A stretch of DNA of 64,000 nucleotides from assembly GCA_951406725.2 (NCBI GenBank), contig OX597818.1:116622001-116686000 (forward strand), read 5' to 3'. Shown piece by piece: positions 41,821 to 55,950 of this stretch. A program made the position numbers and the translations under genes. This DNA is from Octopus vulgaris (lineage: Eukaryota). The notes under the pieces were generated by a model. That model was given only the letters and a program-made list of their open reading frames with translations. It was not told the origin of the DNA and did no database searches. Within the stretch, counting starts at the first letter, position 1, and each line of letters begins with the position of its first letter.

Positions 41821-41985
41821 GTTTCTTTTTTAAAAAAAACAACAAAAAACAAGCGTATGCATTTTGAACAATGCGTTTTTGTTGTCTCCTCTAGAAATAT
41901 CATGATAATCCTGTCTGGAATGCATTTGATCCTAGCACTTGTGGATCAAATCGCATATCACACAAAGGAACAACAACGGAAATAT

Positions 41986-42404
41986 TTATTTCTTTATTGC
42001 GCACAAGGGGCGAAACATAGAGGGGACAAACAAGGACACACACAGGGATTAAGTCGATTATATCGACCCCAGTACGTAACTGGTACTTATTTAATCGACA
42101 CCGAAAGGATGAAAGACAAAGTCGGCCTCGGCGGAATTTGAACTCAGAACGTAGCGGCAAACGAAATACCTATTTCTTTACTACCCACAAGGGGCTAAAC
42201 ACAGAGAGGACAAACAAGGACAGATAAACGGATTAAGTCGATTACATCGATCCCACTGCGTAACTGGTACTTAATTTATCGACCCCGAAAAGATGAAAGG
42301 CAAAGTCGACGTCGGCGAAATTTGAACTCAGAACGTAGCGGCATACGAAATACCGCTAATCATTTCGCCCGGCGTGCTAACGATTCTGCCAGGTCGCCGC
42401 CGTC
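41986..42404 (-). mobile_element. Two-unit SINE-A
   Basis: TSD caacaac[g/a]gaaatat at 41971-41985 and 42405-42419. Confidence 0.9.
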
Positions 42405-42640
42405 CAACAACAGAAATATCATTAACCCGTACACACCGTCCATATGGGCCCTACATCCTACGCTAATTTGAGAGCGCTCTTTGGGGAGGCATCCAGTGTC
42501 TTTGGCGAGCTGATCTACTTACGTTGTGTTCAGACGACTAGCTCGAGTCCGACCATGCCTCGACATCCGTAGCATTAGATCATTTACCAGATGTTGTTTA
42601 GCTCGTCAGCAATGTTCCATAAAACGCAGCCGCCTTTAAT

Positions 42641-42745
42641 CTAGATGGAACTTACACCAGAATGTTAAGATCAGTTTTAAACATATCTTGGAGAACTCAT
42701 TCCCTCAAGAAACACCCATATGGAGATCACCCACCTGTTTCACCT
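42641..42745 (+). pseudogene. RTE-clade LINE ORF fragment (post-RT region)
   Basis: LDGTYTRMLRSVLNISWRTHSLKKHPYGDHPPVS matches the RTE 'R.LR.IL.ISW' motif. Confidence 0.75.
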
Positions 42746-42934
42746 TTATGCAATACTCATAATCGCTCTAAAAAAACCCCATTATTCGAATTTCTGTCTG
42801 TAACTTAGTTCAAATAAAATCAAAATTGTGGTAAAATATAGAATGCGAGTGTTGATTTTCCATAAGCATCCGAGTTATAATTTCTAAAATATGATCTTGT
42901 ATAAAGAACCAAAATCTTGTTTAGCTGTTCTATT

Positions 42935-42996
<62 letters not shown>

Positions 42997-43165
42997 TACA
43001 TACAAACAAACAAGCACATGCACAGCACAAAAAATGCAAATATGTAAATATAGAGACGTTTACATATATGTATGTACACATACGGACACACACACACGCA
43101 TATATACATATTCACACACCCACACACGCACAATCACAAACAAACAAACAAACAGACAACATTAA

Positions 43166-43223
<58 letters not shown>

Positions 43224-43320
43224 TACAAACAAACAAGCACATGCACAGCACAAAAAATGCAAATATGTAAATATAGAGACGTATACATATATCTATGTAC
43301 ACACACGGACACACACACGC

Positions 43321-43355
<35 letters not shown>

Positions 43356-43590
43356 TATATACATATTCACACACGCACACACACACACACAATCACAAAC
43401 AAACAAACAAACAAACACACACACACACACTACAAAAAATGCAAATATGTAAATATAGAGACGTATACATATATCTATGTACACACACAGACACAGACAC
43501 CAGCAGACAGACACACACACACACACACACACACGCATATATACATATTCACACACACACACACACACACACATACACGCATATACATAT
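42935..43590. repeat. Tandemly triplicated ~190-230-bp unit built around microsatellites
   Basis: Core acaaaaaatgcaaatatgtaaatatagagacgt occurs three times (near 43027, 43250, 43432). Confidence 0.9.
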
Positions 43591-44072
43591 GTGTCTATTA
43601 GTAGACGTGTATAGCATCATATCAGACGCAAATAAACTAATTTATTTCAAAACATCAGCTTCTATTAAATTCTATTGTATCCGTCTACATCTTCATAAAC
43701 GCACATTCTAAAAACCCTCACAACCTTTCATTCCATCCAGACGAATCAATATTTCAACGAATCTTTATGCTTCAATAAACTATATTTTCACAAACAAACT
43801 TTCTCATATGCTCAATCTGCATACCACTGAATCCATTCATTCGAATGAAAACGAGGAAAATATTAACTATCATTTTTCTTACGAAAACAGACTTGTTTAT
43901 CTATCGACTCATAATTACCTGACTCCTTTTTTTCACGCATAATTAGCAGACAGAATATGTGTTCATATTCTTGTTTAACCCAGCCTATGGCTTTGCAATT
44001 TTTAAATGCATTAAATTTCTTTAGACTTACTCTGTTCATGAAATAGATGCCATAACCTATTAGCTTATATCA

Positions 44073-44073
<1 letters not shown>

Positions 44074-44160
<87 letters not shown>
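44074..44160. repeat. (ATCT)n microsatellite
   Basis: Direct reading. Confidence 0.95.
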
Positions 44161-46699
44161 GTGTGTGTATATAAATATTTAACTAATCAAAGGACATACT
44201 AAGTATGTCTGCCTGCTGGAAATAACAGTCAAAACTCTTATTTAAATCGCCCAAAATACACAGAAGATAACTACAGAAATCAACCAAAAGCAGTGCGTGT
44301 GTGTATGTGTGTGTGTGTATACTTACATGTAAGTATGTGGGAATTAGTTTGTATAAGCAAGCGCAAAGATAGTTTTCAGAAGTAGATTTTGTTTTTCTAA
44401 AAGTAAATACTAATAACTGATTGTCGTATCAAGTGTTATACCGCATATAATATCTGTTACATGATTAAGATCAAAAGGTATTATTTTTAACCCAGTGGTA
44501 TGTTTCTACGTTGTCTGTTTGGTCGACAACCATATTATATTGGCGATTGAAGTGGTGTTAAGTTCTGTTTTTTAGTAGTGGTGTTGGATCCTGAAAACTT
44601 TCTAGATTGACCGCGTTTCATTTGAGATTTCGAAGTTAATATAAATGTTAGACTTCTCCATTACTGTTTAAAATTTTCCATTGTAGTAATTTACTGGTTG
44701 ATCTAACTAAACATAAGACAATTATTATCCAATTCAGTTCACGGAATAGGAAATGATGCTTCGGAAAAAAATTGTTATTTGCTTTCTAAGAAATGATATA
44801 GGTTGTTTAGGATATAAAAGTTTAATTGAGATGGATGCTGACTCTTATTAAGACGGCCTGTTTTCCAAACACGATACCTTTATTTTCAAGGATGGTTTTT
44901 GTCAAATCTAAATAGTGAAAGAAGAATTTACATCAGTAATGAGACTGACTTCATTGTGACCTCGTTTGGCTAATCTGCTTTGTATGCTGAGATAGTAAAT
45001 AAACTCCCAGATGTGCATTCATGTGGATATAGTACGTGTTACCTTTACTTCCTGTAAAGTTATTCAAATACAGACGGTTTTATATTGTAGACTTACGACG
45101 TTTCCCCTGGTTGCAGGGTTTTTATTATCACTGCATTCTTTGAGCGCATGGATGACGCTTTTAACAGCATTTCCTGTTATATTGTTGTACCTAATGTTAC
45201 TTTCATTGTTATTTATTTTTATGTAGTGTCTCATAATTTGGATAAATTTTGACAAATGTTGGTGTCTGAGCGTTATTTAGAACCCATTCAGTACAGAGTT
45301 CAAATTGTGTAGCAACTGTATGGATAAACTATTTCAGGTGACGAGAATTTTAACATTACTCACAATGAATTTCAAAAGCAGCATCAACAAGAAACGAGGT
45401 GCCATTATTGTCTTCTTTACATTGACAAGTTTTGCAAACAGAAAAGATAAGCACAACAATTCACGTTTAAAAATTAATAGCTTACAATACATTATAAAGA
45501 ACATCTAAAGCGCATTCATTGAAACAAGATCTTAAAATCACGCACGGTATTCACATTAGATCAATTCGGGAAATGCATTTACTACCTCACCATAGTGCAT
45601 TCAGTATTCAAATTACATCCGAAGTAGTTTCGTTAAAACATCTACAAACAGAAGTGGTCTTTTAACATACGAAACAATTCCTGTTTTTAGTGTTTAGATA
45701 TGAATAAGAAGACTTCTGAACTATAGATGACGCCTTAATACTAGAATAGAAAAGTCGCTTTCCTCATAACAAGCAACAACACAAAACTCACTAATATAGT
45801 AATTACACATTCGAACTGAATTGAAATTGTGGGTGTCTCATCTTTTCTGGTGTTTTATATCAAGAACTACATTTAAATTCTTATTCCTCTCTTAAGTCTG
45901 TAGCATAATATCTGGCGAGTACAGGTCTACAAATACTTGCAAGATTATTATTGTGTAGAAAATACCTCGTTTGGGCAAGATATATAAATACATCGTGAAA
46001 GGCAAATTTACTGCGCTGTTCGTCCACAGATAATATCTCTGCTGGATTTACGGTGTCCAAAACACAATATACATCGGAAGAAGATTAAAATTATTCCAAG
46101 AGCGGTTGGCGAAAATGTGAAATGCATTTCTGCCTCGGTCAGTTGAATGTACTTACAGCTAACCTTCGATGAAATTGGTAGACGACCAATATATTGGCAT
46201 AGAAGGAATAAACAATCCTGTATAGATGCCCGACTGAATAAAATATATTTTATATGCACAGAAGCAGTATTAGACTGAAATAGTCTACTATATATTATAC
46301 TGAATATGATACATTGCGAAAGAAAATGTATGACGGTATTTGTGTAGAGATAATACATCTTATGGATGTTCATGTATTAAGAATACAGTATCTATCGAAG
46401 GCAGACGAGTATAGTTCCAACACAGGCTGGTGATCACATATTGCGTCTAAGCACGCGGCTGTTTATGAGGAGATGCTATGGACAATGACAGAGCGCAATC
46501 AAGCAGAAATGAATTATAGCATTCTCACCAGCCGTTGCTTTATTTAAACACGGTACGTCCAGAAGAGTCATTATCTACGAACGAATAACACAGTAATTTT
46601 GCCTTTTTGCAATGTCTTTTTACACTAACTACAATGCACAGATGTCTATTTTGATCTCATACTGCTCCTGTTGCATATTCTTTTCTTTAGGTGCGATGT

Positions 46700-46995
46700 C
46701 CAGAAATTAGAATATAGTCGATCAGGTCCTGCCAGAATTCTCTGTTCTTTGTTTTCTGTTACAGTTCCACTTTCCGATGCTTAATGCCTCTTTCTTCCAA
46801 CCAGTTCATCAAACATGACATCCATATCATCCTTCTTTTTCTTCTTCTTTTTCCCCACTTCAGTTCTTCCAGTCATCGCTAAATTCTCCAGCCCTCTTTC
46901 CTTATCACGACAGAGAAACCCCTGTTGCTAGGTTCTTTTCTCCCACAGAAGTTTCCTATTTACCGCAGCCCGACTCATCACTTCTTTATCTATGG
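46700..46995 (-). pseudogene. RTE-clade LINE 3' ORF fragment, frameshifted
   Basis: KEVMSRAAVNRKLL..GLENLAMTGRTE../..RMIWMSCLMNWLEERGIKHRKVELLQKTKNREFWQDLI. Confidence 0.8.
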
Positions 46996-47658
46996 CGTGT
47001 AACGGATGCATAAGAGGAAACCAGAATCAAACATTGTACAGTGTCCCTCTGTCAGAGCAAAAATTACCGCCAAACGTAATTTTAAATTCATCAATTAACT
47101 TCTGTTCTATGTAGGATCAGATCTAGTTAGCTCAATGCTGTACCGATCATGAGGTTGATATCTCGCTATCAAATTTCTTACGAAGTGACATGATTGTTAG
47201 GGAGAACCACAGGATGGTGCAAACAACATCGATAATGTATTTAACTGTAGTAGTGTAAATGTTGATTGATAAATGTTCTTTTGCAATGACATGTTGTGCT
47301 CTAGCTAACTGCATAAAAACACAGATTTACTTTACACGCGCTCGTTGTCATTACTAGCCCATGTCAACATTAATTAAACACATCTACGATTAAAGGCCCT
47401 CTAACAATGCCATATCCGCTCTTTCAAGCAATCTGTATCCAGGACTATTTTCTCTAATGCGTCGGTAGTTATGAGACGATTGCTTCGTAATGATGGACAA
47501 CTGGTTGTTCGTATTAGCAAATGGAATTATCACGCAAATAATCTTTCGTTGGAAAATTCAGTATAAATGTGTAATACCATAACTAACACATTCATACCTT
47601 TACCAATATTAATATAATTTCTGTATACATATATATATATATATACAGGAATGGCTCG

Positions 47659-47950
47659 TAGGCACAGCAGTGGCTGTGTGGTAAGTACGCTACCAACCAT
47701 ATGGTTCTGGTTCAGTCCACTGCGTGGCACCTTAGGCAAGTGTCTTCTATTATAGCCTCGGGCCAACCCTGTGAGTGAATGTGGTAGACGGAAAATGAAA
47801 GAAGCCGTTATATATATATGTATGTATATATATATAAAATATATATGTTTGTATGTATGTATATGTGTGTTTGTGTGTGTATGTTTGTGTGTCTGTGCTT
47901 TCACCCCACCATCGCTTGACAACCAATGTTAGTGTGTTTACGTACCGTGA
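47659..47950 (+). mobile_element. 3'-truncated SINE-B
   Basis: gtggctgtgtggtaagta..caccttaggcaagtgtcttcta. Confidence 0.85.
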
Positions 47951-47968
47951 CATATATGGCCGCAGTAT

Positions 47969-48010
<42 letters not shown>

Positions 48011-48159
48011 GATGCCCTTAACGCCTCTAGTTTTGTTTTCACCTCTTCCACAGATTCCAGTATGTATGTATATATATATATATCAGTGACCAACATTCAC
48101 TTGTCCGTATGCAATATGCATCCTAGTCATTGCAATTTGTCCCTCTCCTTGTTAATACA

Positions 48160-48627
48160 TCTATATATATAAAACTGTAGTTATGTGAGTGTCTGTCCCT
48201 TCGATTTAGATTCCTAATCTCCACATTTTGCGGTGCAGTTTAACCAAATTGTATCTTATAGTCGTGATATATCGAGCCCGTCTGAGTATTAGCGCGCGTC
48301 TACGATGGGTCTACGATTTTAAAATAATTTAACATCATTTTTTATTCCATTTTAATGATAATTTTCGTGGTCGATGGCGGCGGAGTGGCGTCCATGCTCA
48401 CACCTGCACCTGTTTGCTTCTCCCCGTTATTCCCCCCCGTGAAGCTGGGGGAAGAGAGGTAAGGGAATCAACGTCGTAAAGCGTTGTCAGAGACCAGCGT
48501 TCTTTTAGAACAACGACTTATGTTTGAAGACACCAAAACAGAAATGCTAAAAGCCCGAATTGGCATTATAGGAAATAACTCTAAAAATGTATATAGTTAT
48601 CAACCGAGCAACGCCGCATACTGCTAG
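48160..48627 (+). mobile_element. Non-autonomous Helitron
   Basis: 5' A|TCTATATATATAAAA; 3' degenerate hairpin ccgagcaacgccgc then ctgCTAG|T; sits between A and T with no TSD. Confidence 0.8.
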
Positions 48628-48663
48628 TATATTATATATATACATACATATATATATACATAC

Positions 48664-48935
<272 letters not shown>

Positions 48936-49261
48936 ACAAAAAAAAAAAAAAAAAAGAAAAGGGAAAAAGAAAAAAGAAAAAGAAACAGATTTCGACATGC
49001 ATTAAAACAACAAGAAATAACTAATTTTTTTACGTAATGGATTCCCCTTTTATCTTCCTTCACTACAATAGAATTGGTTTTAGCCACAATGAGTCTTCTT
49101 TACTGCAATGCGTATATATTGATGAAAACATGATACTATTATAGAAAAGGAATATACAATATAATGTATTCATGAGAAGAAAGAAACTAGATGGGGCACC
49201 TTCAATAGACATATGATTTCCATTTTTTGTTATTGAAATTACAATATATGATATATCATCG

Positions 49262-49630
49262 TGGTACTCGGTCGGTTATGACGACGAGGGTCCTAGTTGA
49301 ACCGGTCAACGGAACAGCCTGCTGATAAAATTAAAGTGCAAGTGGCTGAGCATTCCACAGATACGTGTACCTTTAAAGTATTTCAAGGGAGATTCAGCGT
49401 GACATACAATGTAATAAGGCTGGCCTTTTGAAATACAGGTATAACAGAAACAGGAAGAAAGAGTGAGAGAAACTTGTGGTGAAAGAGTACAGCAGGGTTC
49501 GTCACCACTCCCTGCAGGTGCCTCGTGGAGCTTTAGATGGTTTCGCTCAATAAACCTTCACAACACCCAGTCGGGAATCGAAACCGCAATCCTACGACCG
49601 TGAGTCCGCTACCCTAACCATTGGCCCATT
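49262..49630 (-). mobile_element. SINE-C head plus module iii
   Basis: Reverse complement of the 27897 type. Confidence 0.85.
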
Positions 49631-49654
49631 GATGCATAAACATATTGATATACA

Positions 49655-49800
49655 TTTTGAGTTCAAATTCTGCCGAAGTCGACTTATCCTTTTATCCTTT
49701 CGACGTCGATAAAATAACTACCTGCTGAGCACTGGGGTCGATATAATCGATTTGATCCTTTCTCCGAAATGGGTGTCCTTGTGTTAAAATTTGATACCAA
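49655..49800 (+). mobile_element. 5'-truncated SINE-A
   Basis: gagttcaaattctgccgaagtcgact..ctggggtcgatataatcga. Confidence 0.75.
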
Positions 49801-50894
49801 TATATAGTTTAGTGTACTTTAAAAGTACATTTAGACTATTTGTAAATTAAATTATTGGGAGTCTTTCGCAAACAAATACTTATTGAAAGTGTATAAGATC
49901 TATCTGGTCCTTTGAGACTTCCATGTACTCGTCAGCTGATAAATATATTCTTGACACTCCCATCCTTTGCCCATCAGGAAACTGATGAAACAGCTGATGG
50001 GAGTATGGTTTCTTTAGCAGCTTGTAGGTAGGTATTCACATTTAACAGACCAAGCTGGAGCAATGTGATACGAAATGTTTTCGTTACTCGACATCAAAAG
50101 GCAGAATAACCACCTCAGAAATTGAACCTACAACCACAAGAACGAGAGCTCAATACCCTAACCATTAGGTCACGTCCCCTAAAGCTTTGGAACAGTAAAT
50201 CTGTAATCAATACATCTGTGGATAATGGAAAAGGCTATACGGTATCTGATGAAAATCCCAACGCAGGATTGATATTAATCCGGCTGATCATTGTCTGCTG
50301 TTCGCCGTGTATCTGGAAGTACGTTGCTCACATCTGCTTAATGCGTACAGTTCTGACTAAAATCAATACACATGATCAGACTCTATATTAGCATTTGTAA
50401 CATATTTGATTATTTGTCAAATATTTATGCATTCCTGTCACACACCCGAAACGGTTTAACGCGTAATAATCACCGGCTATCATAATAATTCTGCCCAAAC
50501 TATTCATATGCTTTAATCAAAGATGCTAAGCTATAAATAATTTATTGTAATTAAGATTATGAGTTTCAATCGCACTATGAATAAGACCTGTATTATTGCA
50601 GATGCTGAGCCGTGAATAATAAACCGCGTCATCAATAATTGTTGTGACAGAATCTGAGTGAAGTAACAAACCGCTTGTATTCCATCTGTGGTTGTAGGAA
50701 CGGCTAGAAATAGCTAACAAATCCGTTTCAGTTCAGATAATAAAGAATATAAAAGAAAAATACATTCGATGAGATAATCCTACTTTCAGTAAGTTAGTGG
50801 AAGTGTTTCTTCATGTCTGTAGCATATATGTTCTACACATGACTTGTTGAAACAGTGGCGCTGTCTCATTCATCGTGTAATTTCAACAGATATA

Positions 50895-51063
50895 GGCGCA
50901 GGAGTGGCTGTGTGGTAAGTAACTTCCTTAACAATCACATGGTTCTAGGTTCATCCCACTGCGCGGCACCTTGGGCAAGTGTCTTCTACTATAGCCTCGG
51001 GCCGACCAAAGCCTTGTGAGTGGATTTGGTAGTCGGAAACTGAAAAAAAGCCCGTTATATATA

Positions 51064-51147
<84 letters not shown>

Positions 51148-51355
51148 TGTGTATGTGTTTGTCTCCAACATCGTTTGACAACCGATGCTGGTGTGTTTAC
51201 GTCCTCGTAACTTAGCGGTTCGGCAAAACATACCGGTAGAATAAGTACTAAGCTTACAAAGAATTAGTCCTGGGGTCGATTTGCTCGACTAAAGGTGGTG
51301 CTCCAGCATGGCCGCAGTCAAATGACTGAAACAAGTAAAAGCGTAAACGAGTAAA
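50895..51355 (+). mobile_element. Full-length SINE-B (tRNA-like head, CORE-like accttgggcaagt, internal microsatellite)
   Basis: ggcgcaggagtggctgtgtggtaag..(TA)n(TG)n..gactgaaacaagtaaaag. Confidence 0.93.
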
Positions 51356-52417
51356 TATCAACTGACATCGAAGAGGCTAAATGAGATTTTGTGATACAGG
51401 TGAAATAACAATTTGATTTTGAAAATCTTGACGCAATTGAAAGTTAAGTATTTGTTAGCTTGGAACGATTTTTGTCATAAATGTTTGTGCTTTATCAATG
51501 AAAAACGTGCTAAGTTAAAAATACTAGATGTTTGAAGAGAGGCAGTTTCGAGACTTCGTTTCATCTGATAATTTTTAATCCTTAACTATCGGCCTTTGTA
51601 TTGAATTCTTCTTTGAAAACCCAACGGGTTCAAGAAAGCATATACCAGTAATGTAATTTACTTGTGTCTTTCACACTTATCAATTCTCCTCCTTTCTACC
51701 TCTCTCTTCTCTCTCTCTCACTAACTCTCTCTCTCTCTCTCTTCCTCTGCTAAAAATTATATTTTCTGATATGTAAAAAAAAAACAAAACAAAAAATCAT
51801 TGTAAAATATTGTATGTAACTTCGAGAAAGATACACACTGTTTGGAAGTCTAGACTGGTATTGATATTTAATTGAGAATAAATAATGAGCATAGAAAAGT
51901 TATGAATAACATATTCTTCAACGGCCCACATCCTCACCCCCACCAAAAAATATATAGGTAAATAATCGCATTGCAGCGAATAAGAAGAACATTAAATAAA
52001 ACGCTGAAAGGTATTGACAAGAAAAAGATAAGAAAATAGCGAGCAAGTTTTGTTTATATGTGATGCAATTTCAATGATCAAGTTAAGAATAATATTTGCT
52101 TTTATGTCCAAATTTTGTAAAAGATACCGTTACAGTAACGACATGTTTTTTTTAGCTTTACATTTTAATTAAGTCCTTTAAATGAATTTCTGGACATCGA
52201 TATTTTTTTCAATAACTAAATATATCAGAAATATCGACTAAACAGAGGTAGGAAAAGAAATAAATAACAACAATATAGATAACTGTTTAAATATATATAT
52301 ATATAAAAAAAAGAAATATCAACAACGAAATTGAGTGGAAGGGCATCAACAGGAAATTGAACAACAAGGAATAACAATAAAAGGTTATAAGAAACATGTT
52401 CTTTTAAATCCCGTGTT

Positions 52418-52664
52418 CTATTAAATCAAATACGTGGGTACCGTGTTCAAATCTCTTGCTGGGATACGTTAAAGCTATAGGAAAATTAATAGCGGGACAG
52501 CTGCCTCAGGGGTTAAGGAAGATGCAATTTGTGAGCTCCCCTATTAAATCAAATACGCGGGTACCGTGCTCAAATCTCTTGCTGGGATACGTTAAAGCTA
52601 TAGGAATATTAATAACGGGAGAGCTACCTCGAGGCTTCAAGGAAGATGCAAATTGTGAGCTCCC
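52418..52664. repeat. Tandem duplication of a 123/124-bp unique unit
   Basis: 52418-52540 versus 52541-52664, roughly 90% identical by eye. Confidence 0.92.
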
Positions 52665-52665
52665 T

Positions 52666-52711
<46 letters not shown>

Positions 52712-53690
52712 ACCCAGGCACACAATATACACATACGCACATATTATAAATGACATCTTATCCGTTTATTGCGTAATTGTAACTGTAAATAAATGGTTAA
52801 CATGTAAACACAGACATGGCAATACAAGAATAACAAGATGTGCGGCTTAATATCAAGCGTTGTGATATCTTTACAACGCAAAAACCGTAATATTTAAAAA
52901 ACGAGTATATAACATACAGATGTAACTACATCTGTTGCGTCTGTTGCTGAATATTTCTAATCATAATTGATTTCAATTGCCTAAAATATCTAAATGGTAT
53001 TATGTTTTCGGGTACATTTAATTTACATTGAACCTTAATTAAAGTTTAATATGATGAAATCAATATGGCAATATGTACCAGTGTCGATCATAGACCTAGC
53101 GTCATTTTGTGGTTTAACATGCGAACCTCTTTAATTTTACCTCCAGTTCATCAAAAGATGTTTGCGGAGCATCCATGCCTTTGCAAGTTATCTTCCTTCG
53201 CCCTGATTTCTTCCTCGCCCCACCCAATTTTCCAACTGCATGTAACTTCATCCTAACAATCACATTGTCTTGGGCTCTGTCCCCAACTTTTCATTTGAAT
53301 CCCATTAAGAGCATCTTTCTTAGAACTTTTTTTTTATTTTACATTTCATTCTTTTTCCATTTATCTATCGGATTATTCCTAATTAAAAATGAAATGGGAC
53401 AATAAAAATCGATATTTAATCCGTTGACATTTTCTGCCCATTTCTTTGTAAACTTTGCTGCAAAGTTTTTGTTTCTTTCTACATACAGAATAGAATTTTT
53501 AATTAATTTCAAAACTTTCGTTGTACAGCAATCATTAGCCCCCTCACGTGATGTTCATTATCTAAACTCCAGCCCTTAACGTATTTCAGGTTTTATTCCT
53601 TAAAACTTATTTTCTTTCCAATTGAGAAAAAATCATATTAGTAAAAATTTGTAACAAAAAATACTTAAACATCTAAAAATATTTAATATA

Positions 53691-54060
53691 GGCGCGGGAG
53701 TGGCTGTTATAAGTAGCTTTCTTACCAGCCACATGATACTGGATTCAGTCCCACCGCGTGGCAACTTGGGTAATTGTCTTCTAGTATAACCTCGGACCGA
53801 CCAAAGCCTTGTGAGTGGATTTGGTAGGCGGAAACTGAAAGAAGTCCGCCATGGATATATATATATATATATATATATATATCTGCGTGTGTATATATGT
53901 TTGTGAGTTAGTGTGTCCCTGCCCAACATAGCTTGACAACCAATGCTGATCTGTTTACGTCCCCGCAACTTAGCAGTTTGGCGAAAGTGACCGATAGAGT
54001 ATTAGGCCTACAAAGAATAAGCCCTGCATGGCTGCAGTCAAATGACTGAAACAAGTAGAA
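53691..54060 (+). mobile_element. SINE-B with internal deletion
   Basis: ggcgcgggagtggctg..gactgaaacaagta. Confidence 0.88.
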
Positions 54061-55505
54061 TATCGTTACCGCTGGGTTCTAGTGTAAGATCCTTAAATTC
54101 CAGGGTCTCCGGTGACCAATAAAGCATACAGACCAATATCTTCAAATATCCCAGAAAAAAAACTGTACCCAGAAACCTAAAGCTTATAGAAATATCAGTT
54201 GGAGTGTCTGTCAACTTCCTTTTCAAAAGCGGAAGTCGATAATCTCCTTCGTGGAGATTTAAGCTAGAGAGTAGTGTGCTGGAAAATGACAAAGAGGCGC
54301 ATAGAAATCCACTTAAAATCATTTACAATTCACTAATTAGTTAATAGTTTAATAATTAATCATGAGCTATGTTTGAGCACAGTTTGATTTATTTCAAAAT
54401 TTTAACGTAAATAACTACTAACAAACTGGTATTTTAATTTTGACATAGACTTTTGCTATTCATTGCAGATACTGCATTTGCTTAAGGTATGAATCATTAG
54501 GTGGCATTGTTAGAACAGATTTAGTTTCAATTTGAAACCATAAGTTGAGTCATCTGTGCTGCAAGATATCACTTACATTATGTATACTATAGTAATATGG
54601 CAGATAAATGGAATCACCATCATCATCAAAGTTTGGTTAGTTCATTCGTTATTCTGCTTGTTTAACGAATCTCTTTATATCGACGCCAAACACAGCCATT
54701 GTCTTGGATTGCAGCAGTTTCACAAAAGAATAAAAAAAATTCTAAAGTCTGTTAACAAAGCATGAATCAAAACCAGTAGAAAACGTTATTGTTTTTTTTA
54801 ATTATTACTCCTTCTCCTAGTTTCCTTGGGTTAACATTTTTTATTGTGTGATTTATGCTTCTAAATTTTTATGTTTGCGTGTGTTTCTATTTTGCCGATC
54901 TTCTCTTTATATATGCTTTTTTTTTTAGCCTGTCCTGATTATTTATGCATTTCATTTTCTCTTTGCACGTGTTTACATACGCCTTCTCACAGACATCCAT
55001 ACAAGACACACGCACATACAAGCAACCAGATTCACACGAACACACATATACACACACACATATATGTGTGTGTATACCTTTTAACCGTGTTCTTGTTTTT
55101 CTTGTTCTAGTTGTCTTGGATTTTTTGATATTGACGCTGTATCAGTTGGTTGTGTTGGTATTTTCATTCTTACTTTTTATCTTTGTCTGAAGCAAAATAA
55201 AAAGCACGAAAAAAATACGGACAAATCTTTCGGCATCAAGTTTCCAAACAAATATGTGACAGTCAAATAAGAGATAAGTTGATAAATTCAGAATAGAATT
55301 AGAAATATAATCCGTCCTATAATTGAATTAGCTGAAATTCCAGTTCAATATGTTACAGTTTAAGAACTAATACAAAATGTAATCACACAATATAAAACAT
55401 ACATTTATATTATAGTAAAACTGTAAATCCTATATTTAACTAAATATCTTTAATCAGAAAGAAAGGGGTGGGATTTTCTCACGTTGCATTTGAATAGTCG
55501 TATGG

Positions 55506-55950
55506 AATAAGCATCAGACAGATGGAATGTCTCAGAGAATGACATATGCAAATGCGTAAAGGTCGGAACACTGAAACATATTCTTTCCAGCTGTTCATTA
55601 GCATTGTACAGGTATACATAGAGACATAGCCTGGTCCTTAAGGTTATATTCAGTGCTATGAAGAACCAAATTGATCTCAACAAACAGTGAGAAAAAAACC
55701 GTTGAATTTACCAAGTAGAGATTTCATTACCTTCGTGCGCTCAGGTCAGAGGATCCGTTTCAAGAAGAACAAGAAACTTCCTGTGAGAGATGAAAAGTGG
55801 AACGGCTATTGGGAGGCGACTGCAGATTTACCAGGGTGCCAGGGACTCATTCCCTTCCCAGTTACGGAAAAGCCGGACGTTTTAATGTGGTGTGAAGGAA
55901 AGAATATTGTAAATCTAGTCGAGTAATGTTTCTTCATGAAGACAACAATT
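55506..55950 (+). pseudogene. Hero/R2-superfamily non-LTR retrotransposon fragment: CCHC knuckle plus restriction-like endonuclease
   Basis: WNVSENDICKCVKVGTLKHILSSCSLALYRYT*RHSLVL, then after a frameshift FITFVRSG..WEATADLPG..TEKPDVLMW..IVNLVE../HEDN. Confidence 0.82.

Noticed and set aside
50240-50286. CTGATGA-a-aatcc..ggatt-GATA-ttaa-TC hammerhead look-alike
   Set aside because: GATA replaces GAAA and helix I does not pair
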